Shown piece after piece: positions 12,579 to 26,100 of a stretch of DNA of 64,000 bases. The stretch spans positions 744,001-808,000 of the forward strand of contig OZ237743.1 of NCBI GenBank assembly GCA_965178125.1. Direction: 5' to 3'. The first letter of the stretch is position 1, and each line of letters starts with the position of its first letter. The position numbers and the translations under genes were made by a program. Below the pieces are notes generated by a model, which searched no databases, had not been told where the DNA came from, and saw only the letters and a list, made by a program, of their open reading frames with translations. Source of the stretch: Bilabrum cf. latius. Lineage: Eukaryota.

Positions 12579-15500
12579 TCAGCTCACGATGCAGCCATCC
12601 TGGTCTCCAACGTTCCCTTCCTCAGCCAGCTCATCTCCATCCTCGTTTTCTTCCTCTTCAGAGTCAGCTAGCTCGTCCTCCGCGCCCCCCGGATCAGCGC
12701 TATTCGCCGCCAGCCTGTGGCCATCGTCGCCCACCTGCACATCACCGGTTGCATTGGCAAGCATGGGCATGCCACCATCCTGCCTTTCGATCTTCTACGC
12801 TGCCTACCTGGGAGACGGTGGAGGCGGGTTGTCGAACACCTTCACTGCTTCGTACAGCGACTCTGCCGCGTCAGAAGGACACGACTCCCGCACGATGTCC
12901 CATGTCGCCTGCCATGCCTCCTGCTCCATGCTGCCTTCCCCGGCCTCATCGTCTTGGCTATGCCCACTGGCAGCCCCTCCGGAAGCAGCTGTTTCTCCTT
13001 GCTCATTGTGGTGCCTCTCCTCCTTTTCTGTCTCCTCTGTTTCCATCCTGAGCCAGCGAGACGCCCTGGCGACCAGCAGGAGGTTCTGCAGGTTTTGCGC
13101 AGCTGCCACGAAGCCATCCGTGCCCTCGAGTGATGATACAGAAGAAATATCCGAGTGCCGGCTGCCTGCCCTGGCCCTAGAGCCGTCACTACGTCCGCGT
13201 GCTCTGCTAGCTTCTGCTGCAGATACGTCCCCTCCGCCCTCAGATTCTTCGATCCCCAGCTTACCGAGCACATCGGCGGTGCTGCCTCGCTGGGACGGCG
13301 GGGCTGGCAGGCTATCGCCGCGCCTCTCTCTTCCCGCAGCGTCACTATCATCACCCGCACTGCCAGCGGACGCCGCCACCCCCTTTCGGCTGCCGCCACC
13401 CACGTCTGCGTCGCGGGGTCCCCACCTTGCAATGTCTTCGCTCATGGCACGCACGAACTCGATCCAGTACCCAAAGAACCACTCAGGAGCAGCGTCCCTG
13501 AGGTGGGGCGCGGCATTGGCAAGCACGCGCGTGGCAAGGGAGGTTGACTCCGAAGCCACCTCTGCACCACCTGGCAGCATACCCAGACTGCCGGGAATCG
13601 AGGGAGACAGTTCCTTCAGTGCAGGTGACCCCGCAAATCGACTCGACAGGGGTGCATCTCTAGCACCGGCCAACGGCAGCACCACGGCCTGCATGGTCCA
13701 CAACAGGATCTCAAGCGGGAGGCGCACCAGGTCTGTACCCTCCTCCAGCTGTGAAGACATATCCGACCGATTGGGATCATCGTCAGCGTCCGCAGCTTCA
13801 GAATGACGCCCAGGCTCTTGCCGGTTTGCGACTTCACTGGCATCCAGGGCAGTCTTCGGAGGTGTCAGGAGCAGAGTGCCGATGGCGTGAAGACATTCAT
13901 GCGCAACACTTGCGCGCAGTTTCTGGTTGCCCTCGTCCTCACTCGCCTCTTCATCGCCAATCCCGGTGCTGCCATCACCGTCGGAATCGACGGGTGCATA
14001 CGTCACTACGCCGCGCTTTCCATCGCTTGATACCCTCATGTACTTCATTGCCGTGGCCGCGCCTCCAATCGCGCATTCTCGCAGCAGTGCCACCAGGCCG
14101 CGAAGCGAAAGTTGCCACACCCGCCACGACTCATGGCCCGGGTCCACACACCCTGCTGCAGAACTGCTAATCGCCTGCTCGGACACGGCAGGAAGCCTCT
14201 CCAGCTACCCAATGACAGCCAAGCTGGCAACACGCCTAAGCTCCACGAGAGGCAGTCCCACAACCGCGCCGGCCACCGTGTGGTAGTACACGTCCGTGCT
14301 GTCCTCGCCGCTCTGCATGCGCAAGCCAAGGCTACTAGCCGCAGCCACGCGAGCGTGCAGCTCCAGTCTTCGCCTCGAGTCTTCTTCGTCCTCGGGCCCG
14401 CCCTCTTCGCCTTCGGGCTGCGCTTGGAGCCTCTGGCGGGCAAGCGCCACTGCCGCACTGGCATGCGCTCTAGCTGCCTCCAGCTCCTGCCCAAAGACGA
14501 CTTTGCAAGCCGCCTATGCTGCGCGCCTCGCCGCGATCGTAGCAGCCGGCAAGTCTCGCTCGTCCATCCCGCCAAACAGATTGACATCGCAACTACCATC
14601 GTTGCCGCTCCCACTGCTCGCAAAGCTGTTATTGGCCCCAACACCCCCAAGTGCCCTTGATGCCGCCAGACGAGCTTGCAGCAGAGCATGCTACCGCTGC
14701 TCGAGGACAAGCGCAGCTGTCAGACCAACAGCTGCTTCGTCCTCGACCGGACTGACCATGGGCACCCCGGGCACGTCGTGGAGGTCACCGACTGCCTCCT
14801 CGTCGAGCAGGAAGTCCAGCTGCGTGTCATACTGACTCGCATCCGGGAGCCGCTCCTCGTCGGCAAGGGCGGCTTGATGGCTCCGGTACCCCGCCCATCC
14901 GGATAGCGGCGGGCATGCAAGTGGCAAGATAGTGCGGATGATGTCGGCGCACACACTCGGCCGCGCCAGCTCGGGTGAAACCGATCGACGCAGCGCCTCC
15001 CACACCAGAGGAGCCGCGTAAAAGTTCCGAGTGCAACCCTTGAGCGTGTCGAACACAAGCCTCCAGAAGACCAGGCTGTCTGTGCTGCCTGCCGCAACGC
15101 TACCCAGTAGACCACTACCGGCGGCTATGCGAGGCGCAAGAATGTCAGCCACTGGCTTTGCCAGCACCTGAAGCAAGCACAAAAACGGCACGACGTGGTG
15201 GTCGATGTCCGGCTTCTGGGCATCGACAGAGGCAGTCGCATCACCATAGCTGCAATCTGCCCCAGGCATCTCGGATGCCGCTCCAGAGGCAGAAGCAGCA
15301 GCATCGCTGTTAGCTCCCATGCTTGCCACCCCTTCAAATGCCGCACTAGGAACCGGCTGCATGGCAGCGAATAGGGCAGGGTTCATTTTGGGAGACATGG
15401 CAGGACCCGATGGCTCATGGCCGGCCATGGTGCTGGAAGTTCCAGCAGCTGGCAGGCACATGCCTGCCCGTCGGGCAGCATTCTGAGCCGAGTGCCTGTC

Positions 15501-18500
15501 GCACGCCTCCGTGGCTCGCGTGCTGAATCGCATGGCAGCAACCGCGGCTCGCTCCACCAGGTGAGCCCTCTCCATCCTCGCCTCCTCATCGAGCCACACG
15601 CGCATCTGCTGCCCCACCAAATCCTCGTCGTCGTCTTCCTTTCGTTGAGCGGTGCCACCCGAACCATCAGCACCGCTGCCTATACCACCCTGGGTGCCAA
15701 GGGGAGCAGCCGTGCCCGGCCACACAAGTCCATCGGTTGCGACGAAGCCTACCGGCCCGATCATATCACGAACAGATCTCAAGCGCTGCTGCAGCCAAGC
15801 AGGGCGGTTCGTTCGCAGAGCCCATTCGACCTGGGGCTCCGTGAGATCGTCGCCGGAAGGCTAGCCGCTCGGCGCTCCGCTTCCAGACGATGCACGCTGC
15901 GCAGCAGGCTCACCGCTGGGCAGCATCCGTTCCTCCATCGTGATGCTGGGCTCCTCGCCAGGCACAAAGCTGCACGGGTGGAGGAACAAGCCCCTTCGGA
16001 CGGCATCAAAGACGAATGGAGCCACTAGAGAGCCGCGCCACACGTTGCGAAGGGCAACAGCAACGCCTAGTTCCAGGCAAAGTACGGCCTGCGCTGCATC
16101 ATCAGCCGCAGCTACCGTCTAGGGGTATCCTTCGGACAGAGCAGCCATGAGACTCAGCAGAGCATCTCGAGGGAGCTTCGAGACGGTGCCTCCAAAGATC
16201 TCTTGCAGACCGTGTCCCTGCCTGCTGGCTTCGGCTGCCAATGACCCCGCCACAACAGTGTGCTTCTCGGCCTCTTCGTCGTCAGTGTCTTGCTGCAGAC
16301 CAAACAGCGAGCGAATCCCGGTGAAGAGCCAGCCGCCGCCCTCTTTGGAAGTCGCCTAAGCAGAACTAGAGGCCGCTCCGTTCGCACCGTGGGGCGGGCC
16401 TTGATGCCTCGGTGGTCGGTGGGCCGTGCTAATCTCGCCCGTGTGAGTGCCGACAGAGCCGCCGACCGAGACACTGCCATCTCTAGACGTCCTGCGCGGA
16501 CGCGAATGCCCCGGTCGTCTCGGCTGGGCGCGCTACCCGTCCCTCCTGCGTCGTCGACTGAGCACGGACCGGGCACTGGTGACCAGCTCCGACGTGTCAG
16601 CATCGTCTATGCCACCACCCTCGCCGACCGAGCTAACGTCACCACCGAAGGAGCTGCGCCCAACCGACGAGCCATCGAGGTCCTCAGAATCCTCTGCGCG
16701 CGAGTCGCCGTCGCTGTCGTCGTCTGCCCCGCGCACTGCCGCGTATCTGGTGTCCGTGAATCTGGCAGATGGCAGAGGGTCGCCCCCGGGCGTCGTGAAG
16801 TCGTCCTCATCCACCAACGCGCCAGGAAGGCAGTCTTGCCTCTACATATGCAGCACCAACGCAACGACCGCCTTCCAGCTCTGTCGCAGCCCACCGCAAT
16901 GAGTCGCAGTGAGACTGAGGGCTGCCCTCAAGAGAAGGAGCGCACGCCGCAGAAGGTACATAGCGGGTGTCCTGCCAGGGGGACAGATCGGCAGGCCGGT
17001 CTCACTGTCGACACCGCTGTGCACGTGCGGGGTGTCAGGCATCGACAGCAGGGCACGCGCTTCTGCTCGGAGCTTGCGATGGGCCTCGTCCTACGATTCC
17101 TTCGAATCACCACTCTGCTACTCGCCCGGTCCGGTTACAGGACCAGCATGTTTTCGATCAGGTGAAGGCATGGCAGCTGAGGGTTCGCCAGGTGCCACAG
17201 CTTGGGCATCGATCACAGGTGGGACACCGGACAGCTCAGGAGAGCCTAGTCCAGAGTCTGCTGCTGTCTCTGTGCCACCAGCTGCATCTAGCACGTCTGG
17301 AGACTGCCCGTCCGACATCTTGAACGCTGCTGCCCCAGCCCCGAACGGGTCCGGTGAAACTCTCCCCGCACTGAGCGGCAGCGCAACCGGCCCTGCAGGG
17401 AGAATGCAGGCATTCGCAGGGACAACAAGAATCTGCAGCATGGCAGTGCGAGCCACGTAGATCGTCGAGGCCACGATGTCATCCAAGGCCTGGGTGCACA
17501 CGAAGTAAGCGGCGCACGCCGCCAGGTGCCTGAGGCCCTGCGTGCACTTGACGAGCGTGGCCTCATCCTGGGTGGCAGATGCAACTGCCTGAATAGCAGC
17601 AATGGCAGGCTTCACCAAAATCTGGAACATATCGCGTTCATGCTCGCCCGCCGGCAGCAGCAGCGATCCGCCGTTCGCGGTAGCGGCTGCAGTGTCCGTG
17701 TACGCGCTCGCAACGCCCTGCCGCCTCAAGACGCCGTCCCAGTGCTTGCCGATGGCAGGAGCTGCCTGACTGCTTGCATCTGCGCTGGGACCCGACCCAT
17801 CGTCGCTCTTGTTTTCTTCGTCAGCAGCACTTCCGTCGGCTGCGCCCTTCTTCTTCGAGTCCGCGTCTCGCCCCGCCACGGCAGTTGGACCCTGGGGCAT
17901 AGCGATCTCGCGGCTTCGAATGGACTCGTATATCTGAGTCAGGTACTCCTGTGGAAGGTCTTGCCCATCGTCGATGCCGCTGTTGTTCCTGAGGAAACCC
18001 TTTAGGGTCATTTTCTTCTCTTCCGGGATGCTCTAATTGTGCGCGTCCGTGTTGAGCATGACGATGGAGAACGCCAGGATGAAAGCGGTGTCCTGCTTCC
18101 TGAGAGGGTCCCTGGATTGCTCGAAGAATCGCGTCGCAAATGCCTCCATCATTCGATCGATAGTCTGCGCCTCGCCTGGAAGCCTAAAGGTAGACAGGTA
18201 GTGTCTCAGGGCCTCGTCGATGCGAAGGGACGCAAAGTCGAACTGCTTCGTGAACGCAGTCCGCACCTTGGCCTGAAAGGCATACTTGGCATCATCTGGC
18301 TTGGCGAGGTATTCGCCCACCCACTTCTTGTCCATCCCGTGGCATTTGAGGAGCAGCTCGGCCACGTCCTCGGGTGTGGGCTCCTTCGGGAGCAGGCCCA
18401 GGTCGGTGGCGAACGGGACCCAGTCCCTGTGCTTGCCCTCCACTTCGTTGAACCGCAAGGCCAGCTGACCCATCCTCCGCTTGACCTGCTTGTTTCTCCG

Positions 18501-20251
18501 GAGGTCCTCCAGCCTGGCACTTAGCTGCGCCAGGACTGCCTTCTAGTCCGCCGTGGAGCCTCCCACGCGGGTGGCAGCGCTCGTCGCCACGTCCACGGCG
18601 GCAGCAGCCGCGGCCGCAGCCGCTTCCGCCTCCTCAGCCTCGACTCTACCCAGACCACTGGCACGCATCATTCCAGCAGCACCGCCGGTACCCATGCTGG
18701 GCGCGCGCCTGCCACCCCTTGACGCTGCGGTTGCCCCGACCGCCACATCAGGGGAGCAGCGCCTGGCCAAGCCCTCGGCGATCGACAAAATCCCTTCTAC
18801 CGAGAGCACGTGAAGGTTCGTCAACCGCGCTGAGGGCCTCGGAACAGCGTTCCTTCCAAGGCAGACGCATAGCGCCTCGAAAAGATTGGTGCAGGCGACA
18901 TCGCAGTCGTAGTTGACATACATGTCCAGCATCATGCCGGGCTCCCTGGCGAACTCCAGGAGAGATTCGATGGCCAGCTCCCTCTGCTCTGCGCTGGCCG
19001 TCCGGCTGTTGGCGAGCATCAGGTGCACAGAGGTGAAGAAGACCTCTAGCGGCACCTTGAGGTGCGCCTTCAGCGAAACGAAGAGGTTAAAGACAACGCG
19101 CAGGGTGGCCGATAGAACGCCTACCTCCTCCGATCTGCTGTTCTGGACGAGCATTCTGCACAGCTCCGCTTGGCACACCTTCACGAGCGCCGGGAAGCGA
19201 CCCATCGACTGCCCGCTGCATTCGAGAACCATGGACACCAAGCGCAGGCCTTTGAGCCGCTTCGGGGCGGCGTGCTTGGTGGGATCCAAGAGACCGGCAA
19301 GCCAAGACAAGATCTTTGCCAGATCCGCCGCACTGTGCGGGATCGCTGTTGATCTCGTAGATCCGATCTGGAGGCTAGGCGGAGGCGGCAGCGCGCTGCC
19401 AGCCACTCCCTTCGCACCTCCGGCAGCCTACTCCCGTGAGGCCGCACTCGAGACGGCAGCTTCTGCACCTGGTGCGCCCCTCTCTGCTGCCACGGAGAGT
19501 GGCGCTGCTTGCGCGACAGGCTGGAGTGGGACGCTCTAGCGCAATGCCATGGTGGGGAGCCTCGTGAACAGGGTGAGGATCACGTGCGAGAGCGCCGAAT
19601 CGGCTGTGGCTCGCAGCAGGTGGCTGGCGCGAGGCATGTCGCTGATGCGGTAGCACGTCTCGCATGCCTGCCAAACGGACGTTCCGGTGAGCATGCGCCC
19701 AGCAGAGCACCGAACCACGTTTTCAACGAGCTCCAGGAGCTACATCAGGGTCGTCTCGTCGTCGCTGCTGCTCGAGGACTCGAACTTGCAGCGCGAAGCA
19801 GCCGATGCAACCGCGTTTACAGCACCATGGCCGCCGATCGTCTCTTCTTGGATCAAGCCATACAATATGAACTTGTTGATTGCCTGGAGGGCAATACCAG
19901 TTATTGGCCCCGAGGCATCCGCCGACCGCATCACGTCGAGGAATGGCCTCAAGTACGTGAGAGCATCAACGTCAGAGAGATCATCGACCGCCTACAGGTG
20001 ATCATGCAAGGTCTTGAATGAACGTAGCAGTGGTGTCTCTTGCTGCGGACGATGACTGGGAGACAAAATTGCTAAAGATAAACTGAACCGGCAACGTTGC
20101 CTTGCAAGTGCGGCATCGGTGGACGCAGACTCACTTGAATTGGCATTTCTCGCTCGAATCTAGCCTAGCTTGCCCATCGACTATTCAACCGCATTACAGA
20201 GACTACATTATGGATTTCAGATTTGACGATGTGCACGCTGGATGACTGCAT
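12579..20251 (-). CDS. GBF1: Large Sec7-domain ARF guanine-nucleotide exchange factor, GBF1/GNOM family (~2,526 aa; exons 20251-20135 and 20042-12579)
   Basis: N-terminus IVKSEIHNVVSVMRLNSRW; DCB motif LRPFLDVMRS...GPITGIALQAINKFI; HUS box YVNYDCD; Sec7 motifs FRLPGEAQTIDRMMEAF and MLNTDAHN*SIPEEKKMT. Co-frame fragments are joined by TAG (e.g. 20165, 19992, 19740, 19536, 19428, 18543, 18033). Ends in TGA at 12579. Confidence 0.92.
20043..20134 (-). other. Spliceosomal intron (92 bp, GTGAGT...CCGCAG) in GBF1
   Basis: Removal joins ...EREMPIQ to QETPLLRSF... and restores the frame of the conserved GBF1 N-terminus. Confidence 0.8.
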
Positions 20252-20492
20252 CGCTCCTTCAGGCAGCACTACGCAGCTCGTGCTGACACGCGTCGGCTAT
20301 CTGTATGCCTGTCTCCTGTAAAAGTTGGCGGGAATTTCGAATAGTATCGCTGCTTGCCCGGAAAATGAAGGGACCGCGACAAATTGGCTGGGACGAACGC
20401 GCCGTAGCCTTCCTGTCCCCAAGAGGTGAAACCGGAAGTAATACGAAGAATCCCGAAATGATTTCAAACCGCTTCCAATGCTGATCCAACGC

Positions 20493-22433
20493 TCAAAGCA
20501 AACCTAACTCTCTCATCACAGCTCTCCCTTCTTCATTCCATTCGAGTCCGGCGCCCTCCGCAAGTTTCCTTGCCTCCTGTTCGCCAACCGAACAAGAAGT
20601 TCCCGAATTGACGCGGCCCTTCCCCTCCCCCCGTGCTTCAGCCCCGCCGCCCGAACCGCCCAAATCATCAACACTGCCACGTTCCGGTTCGCTCGGGCCA
20701 GAAGCGACTCCACCTGATGCACCGGCACCTTCCCTGTCAAGCAGTCCACCGCCTGCCTGCCCTCCCTCCGGAGCACCACCCCCGGCCCGCCCAACGCGAT
20801 CCATATGCCCTGCCAGTGCAGCCCCGTCTGACCCATTGCGCTCAGCTGCATCTTGTCTCGATGCATCATCTCGTGCTTGTATTAAACTATGACAGCACCC
20901 GCACTCACACCATGTGGAGCAGGCGAGCGCCAGCCCAGCGGCGGCTGCAGCCACAGTTGCAGCTAGAGTCACCGGGTCTCTTGCAGCAACCCGAGTATAT
21001 GTACCATACAGTGTAACCAGAATGAAACTGCCCCAACCGGCCGAGTCTCTGGGGCTGCGGTTGGTCTGGTCCGCCGATCTAGGCTCCTGACCCCTGGATT
21101 CGCTCGAGCTACCGACAACGGGAGGCCGACCTATTGGCGCCTCTACATCTCTAAACGATGCATTTGCTGATTCTGTCGCTGCAATGGTTTCGCGATTCCC
21201 TAGATCACCCCGCTAACTAGTTGATTGATTCGGAGCCACTCCATCCGAAACATCGACAGCTTCTGTGCCTGTACCCGCGCTTCCATTCCGCATAGACGGC
21301 TGTGTCTCCTTTGGCAGGCTTGCAGCGGGCTCAGCTGCAGCAATGGCGCGAAACTGACTGGCATTGGCAGGCACGCGGCCATCGTCATCGTCTTGCCCCC
21401 CTAGAGGCAGCGGCGGCTGCCCGGCGGTCGATGCCTGGCTTGCATGAACCCTGCCAGTCTGAACAGGAGCAGCGGGCACGGTGGGACCTTCTCTCTCCTT
21501 CTCGTAGTTCGCAATGGTCCGCTCTGGAATGCTGCCGCGATCAATCTGCTCAAGCTCGTCCATAGGAGAAGAAGTCCGGCTTGGGACGTCCATGGTTGAG
21601 CCGGTGGCATCGTCTCCGTGCGGGCCTGCCGCGCCTGCAACTCTCCCAGGAGAAGAGTCTTCCAACATGCTCAGGCGTTTTTGTGCGTCACTGCGCTCGG
21701 GTGCTGTGCTTGAATCCTGCCTAGTAGCTCCATCGGTTGATGCACCCGGCGAGTGCGGTGGAACACCCTCTCTCCCAACAGCAGCTTGCGGTAACTTTGT
21801 TGCTTCCTAGACATAGTCGCTGCTCGTGGACGCGGATGCAGCCCATGAATCTGCAGGGCAGGCAACCGTACAACCTACTGCTCTAACGATATCTACACCA
21901 GTCGCGACCACTCGACCTGTCAGCGAGTGGGATACGATGCCGTGGAACCCGTAGCATTCGGCGCATAGTCCCCGAAGCAGGTCGCAGCCCGTGCACATAG
22001 ATGAACATGAAAGTGTTGGCACATTTTGACCACTACACGGTGCTCTATTGGGAGGTGGCGGCGCATATGTCGCAAACAGCGTTTCAAGCAGCGCGAACCC
22101 AAGCACCACAAAAAATAGCCGCACGGCGAAGCCTTCGGTACCGACAGCAGCTGAAACATGTGGCAGACTCCTGTATTTTCTCAAGATTGCCAACCTAGCA
22201 GCTCCTACGCTAATGCAGCTACAGGTAGCCACCAACAGTGCAATCACCACGGGGAATAAAAACAGGAGGGTCCGCAGAAATGACAACGCTATCATAGAAC
22301 TGTACTCGAGAACTGTGCTACCAAAAGCAACACAAACCAGAATAATGATCGAGAACAAGCACAACGATGCCCACACGACCTCTCCGTGAGATGAGGCTCG
22401 CAAGAAGTGTTGTCGGCCGCTCGTCCTCGCCAT
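20493..22433 (-). CDS. Hypothetical multi-pass membrane protein with Cys-rich segment and long low-complexity region (~646 aa)
   Basis: ORFs 21807..22433, 21213..21668 and 20493..20972 are co-frame, joined by TAG at 21807 and 21213. Three hydrophobic segments near the N-terminus. Ends in TGA. Confidence 0.6.
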
Positions 22434-23126
22434 TGCTGCCGTACCTGTTCTAATTGAAATAGAGCCAGAAGACTAGCTTCAATCAGGTACATATACACAT
22501 CGTATTACACCCATGTGTGTCTGTTTTGATCAACCTACTCGTGAGAATAGTGCTGTAGTTGCACTTTGTCGGGTTGCGACCAGAAATCACCAGCGGAACC
22601 AGACGCGCGGCGCCGCTACGCGGCGACAAAATCGTGGCGTCGAGGGTGATCGGTCCAGAAGCGACTGTACCGTCCAACGGGCGGGAGAAAGTGTAGTGAG
22701 GCCTTGAAAAGCTTCAAAAATGCTCAAATTGCCGCTTTCGGAACCCCATGAACGAGTATGGGGGCCTGGTGCAACTGAATGGAAATGTATAGCGAAGTGA
22801 CGGGGCGAGCCGTTCCTGTTTGTGTCTGCCTCCAGAAGCTACAAATGCTGTTTGTGCTCAGGCAATTTTTGGTTTACATTGTATTGGTTTGTTGTGGATT
22901 GCCATAAATTGAACCGAGAGCGTCTGCGTGCGACTGATAATTGGATCGTGATCGATGTTGCTTTCAATCCCGTGTGTTCCAAGCGTGTTCTCGCCCCATT
23001 TATGCTTCCTGCTAGTACACAAAGCCTATTTTAGGACTACCGGTATCCGTTTTAGCAGGCAACTGTCAGCAAACAGTACTACTGTTGCGTGGTAAAGGCT
23101 CACAGCGCATTTCTGAGTCATCTGCA

Positions 23127-26100
23127 ATGATTTTGGCGTATATTGCCCTGTTGTCGTCGCTTGCGAGCGGAGCAAGGAACTCAGTCGAACAAGATGACTT
23201 CGGGGTGTACTACCCGCGAGGTCACAACCGTATTGGTGAGAAGTATCGGCCGCTTGTATGTAAACATGAGAAAGTGAGCCACGACAGCGCCTCAAAACTC
23301 GGACCGCGTGCCCTCTGCTGCTGCAGGCGAATACAGGGTCCTTGACGTTGGAACAGCAAATCTGGCAGAGAATTGGAGGCAAACAAACAACTACATCGAA
23401 CAGGTAAGATGAAAGTTGCCGCCGCCCCGCGAGTCCGAAGAGTGCGTCACTGTCGGTCTTGCGGCTGACCAGACGTGTAGTGCCTGCCAGCCTGAAAATC
23501 TTGTGCAATGCACATACCGGTACCCATGTAGCCATCTTGGATCGTTCGTGGTATTTTCGCAGACGCTCAATACAGCGGCTCGCCGCTACACCGAGGTAGC
23601 GACGTCAGGGTGCTAGGCCAATTGCCGGTAGTCCTAGGGTTCCATCATGGGAACCGCACTCATGGGAGACGGAGTGTTCGGCCTGTTCGAGAGCGGAGAG
23701 GCGCAGGTGAGTATTCGCAGCAACGACAACGACGCCCTTGGGATCATTTGGGCCCAGGACCGGGACAACTTCTACCTCTTCCAGTACGTGGAGGAGGAGA
23801 GCGCGTGCAGCATCGTCAAGGTCAAAGGAGGCACCAAGTCCAACATCGCGGGATACCTGCGGCAGAACTGCCCCAGCGGCCTTCGCCGTGGTTCTTTTGA
23901 CCAGGTACGGTTCCGTCTGGACCGGATTAGCAGCACCCAAGTCAGGCTCCAGGGCCGGTTGAGGGGCAATTTGGTCCTAAACCTCCTGGACACGTCTGCC
24001 ATCGAGGGCGCCTTTGTGCCCGGCATGTACAACAGCTGGCACTTTGGGCCCAGATACGACAATTTCCGCGTGTGGGAGACCGGTGCCTCGTGCTCGAACG
24101 GCGTCCTCGATGGCGACGAGCGCTTCATCGACTGCGGGGGCCCTTGCAGCCCATGCAACAGCACCACCACCATGCAGCTCGACTTCACCAGCGCCAAAGA
24201 CATTCGCGGGTGGTCGTCGACTGACCGCACCACAAATGGGGGTGTCGCCAACTGGCACATCAACTCTGGTCAGCTGCGTCAGAACGGCAACGTGGGAGGC
24301 AGCAACTACGGCACGTCTTCGTCCTCAGTCACCGCACGGTGCCGAGCTCGCGGTTTCTCCACGGTCGCCGTGTACGAGGGCTGGGGCAGGAACTTCTACC
24401 CCGATTTCGACTACGAGGCCAGGATGTACAACGGAGACGACGACCGTATCATGATGGTCTTCAACTACGTCGACTTGAACAACTTTTACTGGCTGGAGCT
24501 GCAGCAGCAGAGCCGTTGCGTGGTCATTAGGAAGAGGCGCAGGGGGGGCACCGCTGACCTCGCCGACCTCGCCGCATCTGCAAGCCAGACGTACGCCCTC
24601 CGCACGTGGCACGTCTGGAAGATAGAGAGCCGGTACGACTACGACAGGGACAGGCGTACCATCAAGGTGTTCCGTGATGGAGTAGAGGTGCTTGAGGGTA
24701 CCGATTCGTAGCCCCTAGGTCCAGGCGCCTTCGGCTTCGCCACCGATTGGAACAGCGACCTGCGGATTGACTGGGCCCGGTTCACCACCTACAAGCCATC
24801 CACGGAGCTGCAGTGCGCCTCCTCGGAGCTCCCTGTCACCAGAGACCTCACGCTGCACCTAGACGCTGCCGGCAATCTTGTGCGCAACACCCAGCTGATT
24901 GACCAGACCGCTGACAGGCGCAACACTAACTTCTTCGGAGGCCCCAGCATCCGCCGCAACTCGTGGCGAAATTCTCTCGATTCATTCTTCATGGATGACA
25001 GCAACGACCACGGCCAGATCTGGAAGGACCTGATGGTGACGCCTCGTTGGCAGGGGCTGACTGCCACCATTGTGGTGCAACCGAGCGATGGCCGTGACGC
25101 ATGCTACTTGTGCCAAGGCTTCGTAACCGACACTCGCATTGGGTGGGGCATCCGTTCAGAGAGCGGTGTGGTGCGTGCAGGTGCGATCACTATGTTTGGT
25201 GGTGGCCGTCAGGGCGGCCTCCACAGGCTCTCCGGTTCCGACTTCACGCAGCCCTCTATCTACACCATTCGGCTCACCCCAAGCTCGTCTAGTCCGTACG
25301 GAAACTTCAACAGTCTATCTTGGGACTTGAGCGCGTACAGGAATGGCCAATCCATGACCATTAGCGGGCTTGCAGGGAACGGCGGCAGCCTGAATCGTTT
25401 CGCGGAGGGTTTCTTGAAGGACCGGCTGAGGATCGGACACGCGTCATGGGGTAGTAACAGGCTACGTGGGCATTTCTTTGAGACGGCTGTGTATCCACGT
25501 CCTCTAAGTGACGGCGAGATAGAGGCAACCCACCTGTACCTCCGGGACCGCTACGGCGTGGGTTCCTGCGAGGACCTGAGCCCGCCCACCAACGCAGCGT
25601 ACATCAACGGGACGTGCTCGTCGGCCGGCAACGGGGACGTTTGCAGGCACGAGTGCAGCAGCGGCTTCGTGCGTGTCACTGGTGACTACCAGCGAAGGTG
25701 CGACGGTGGCGGATTCTGGTCCGGTGCGGCCCTAGTGTGCGAGCCCGCATGCGAGTGGGACCCCGCCCCAGACACGCCAGCAGACGACGACTTTGCACTC
25801 CGTGGAGGGTGCAGGAGAGATCTATTTGCACTTGACTTTGCGACTGATGCGAGCCGCACAGGCAGGACACTTCAGGAGTCTTCCACGACTGGATTCCGCG
25901 GACTTGTTGCATACCCTGTCTTCCAGGCGTTCAGGTGGGGCGTCACTGCATCCATGGACGACGCTCTCGTGTTCAACGCGGACGGTGCCAACGACTGTGG
26001 AGACGCAAGGCAGCATTCCGTGGCGCTCGTGGGCTCATCTCCTTGGCAGAACAGCCGAGATGGCCTAATCGTGAACGCCCGTGTGATGATCCCCGCAGGC

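Noticed and set aside
18000-18060. In-frame TAGs as acceptors of tiny introns
   Set aside because: Conserved motifs run codon-for-codon through the TAG (Sec7 NTDAHN*SIPEEKKMT; S28 GES*PF), leaving no room for an intron, and the inferred introns end in GCAG.
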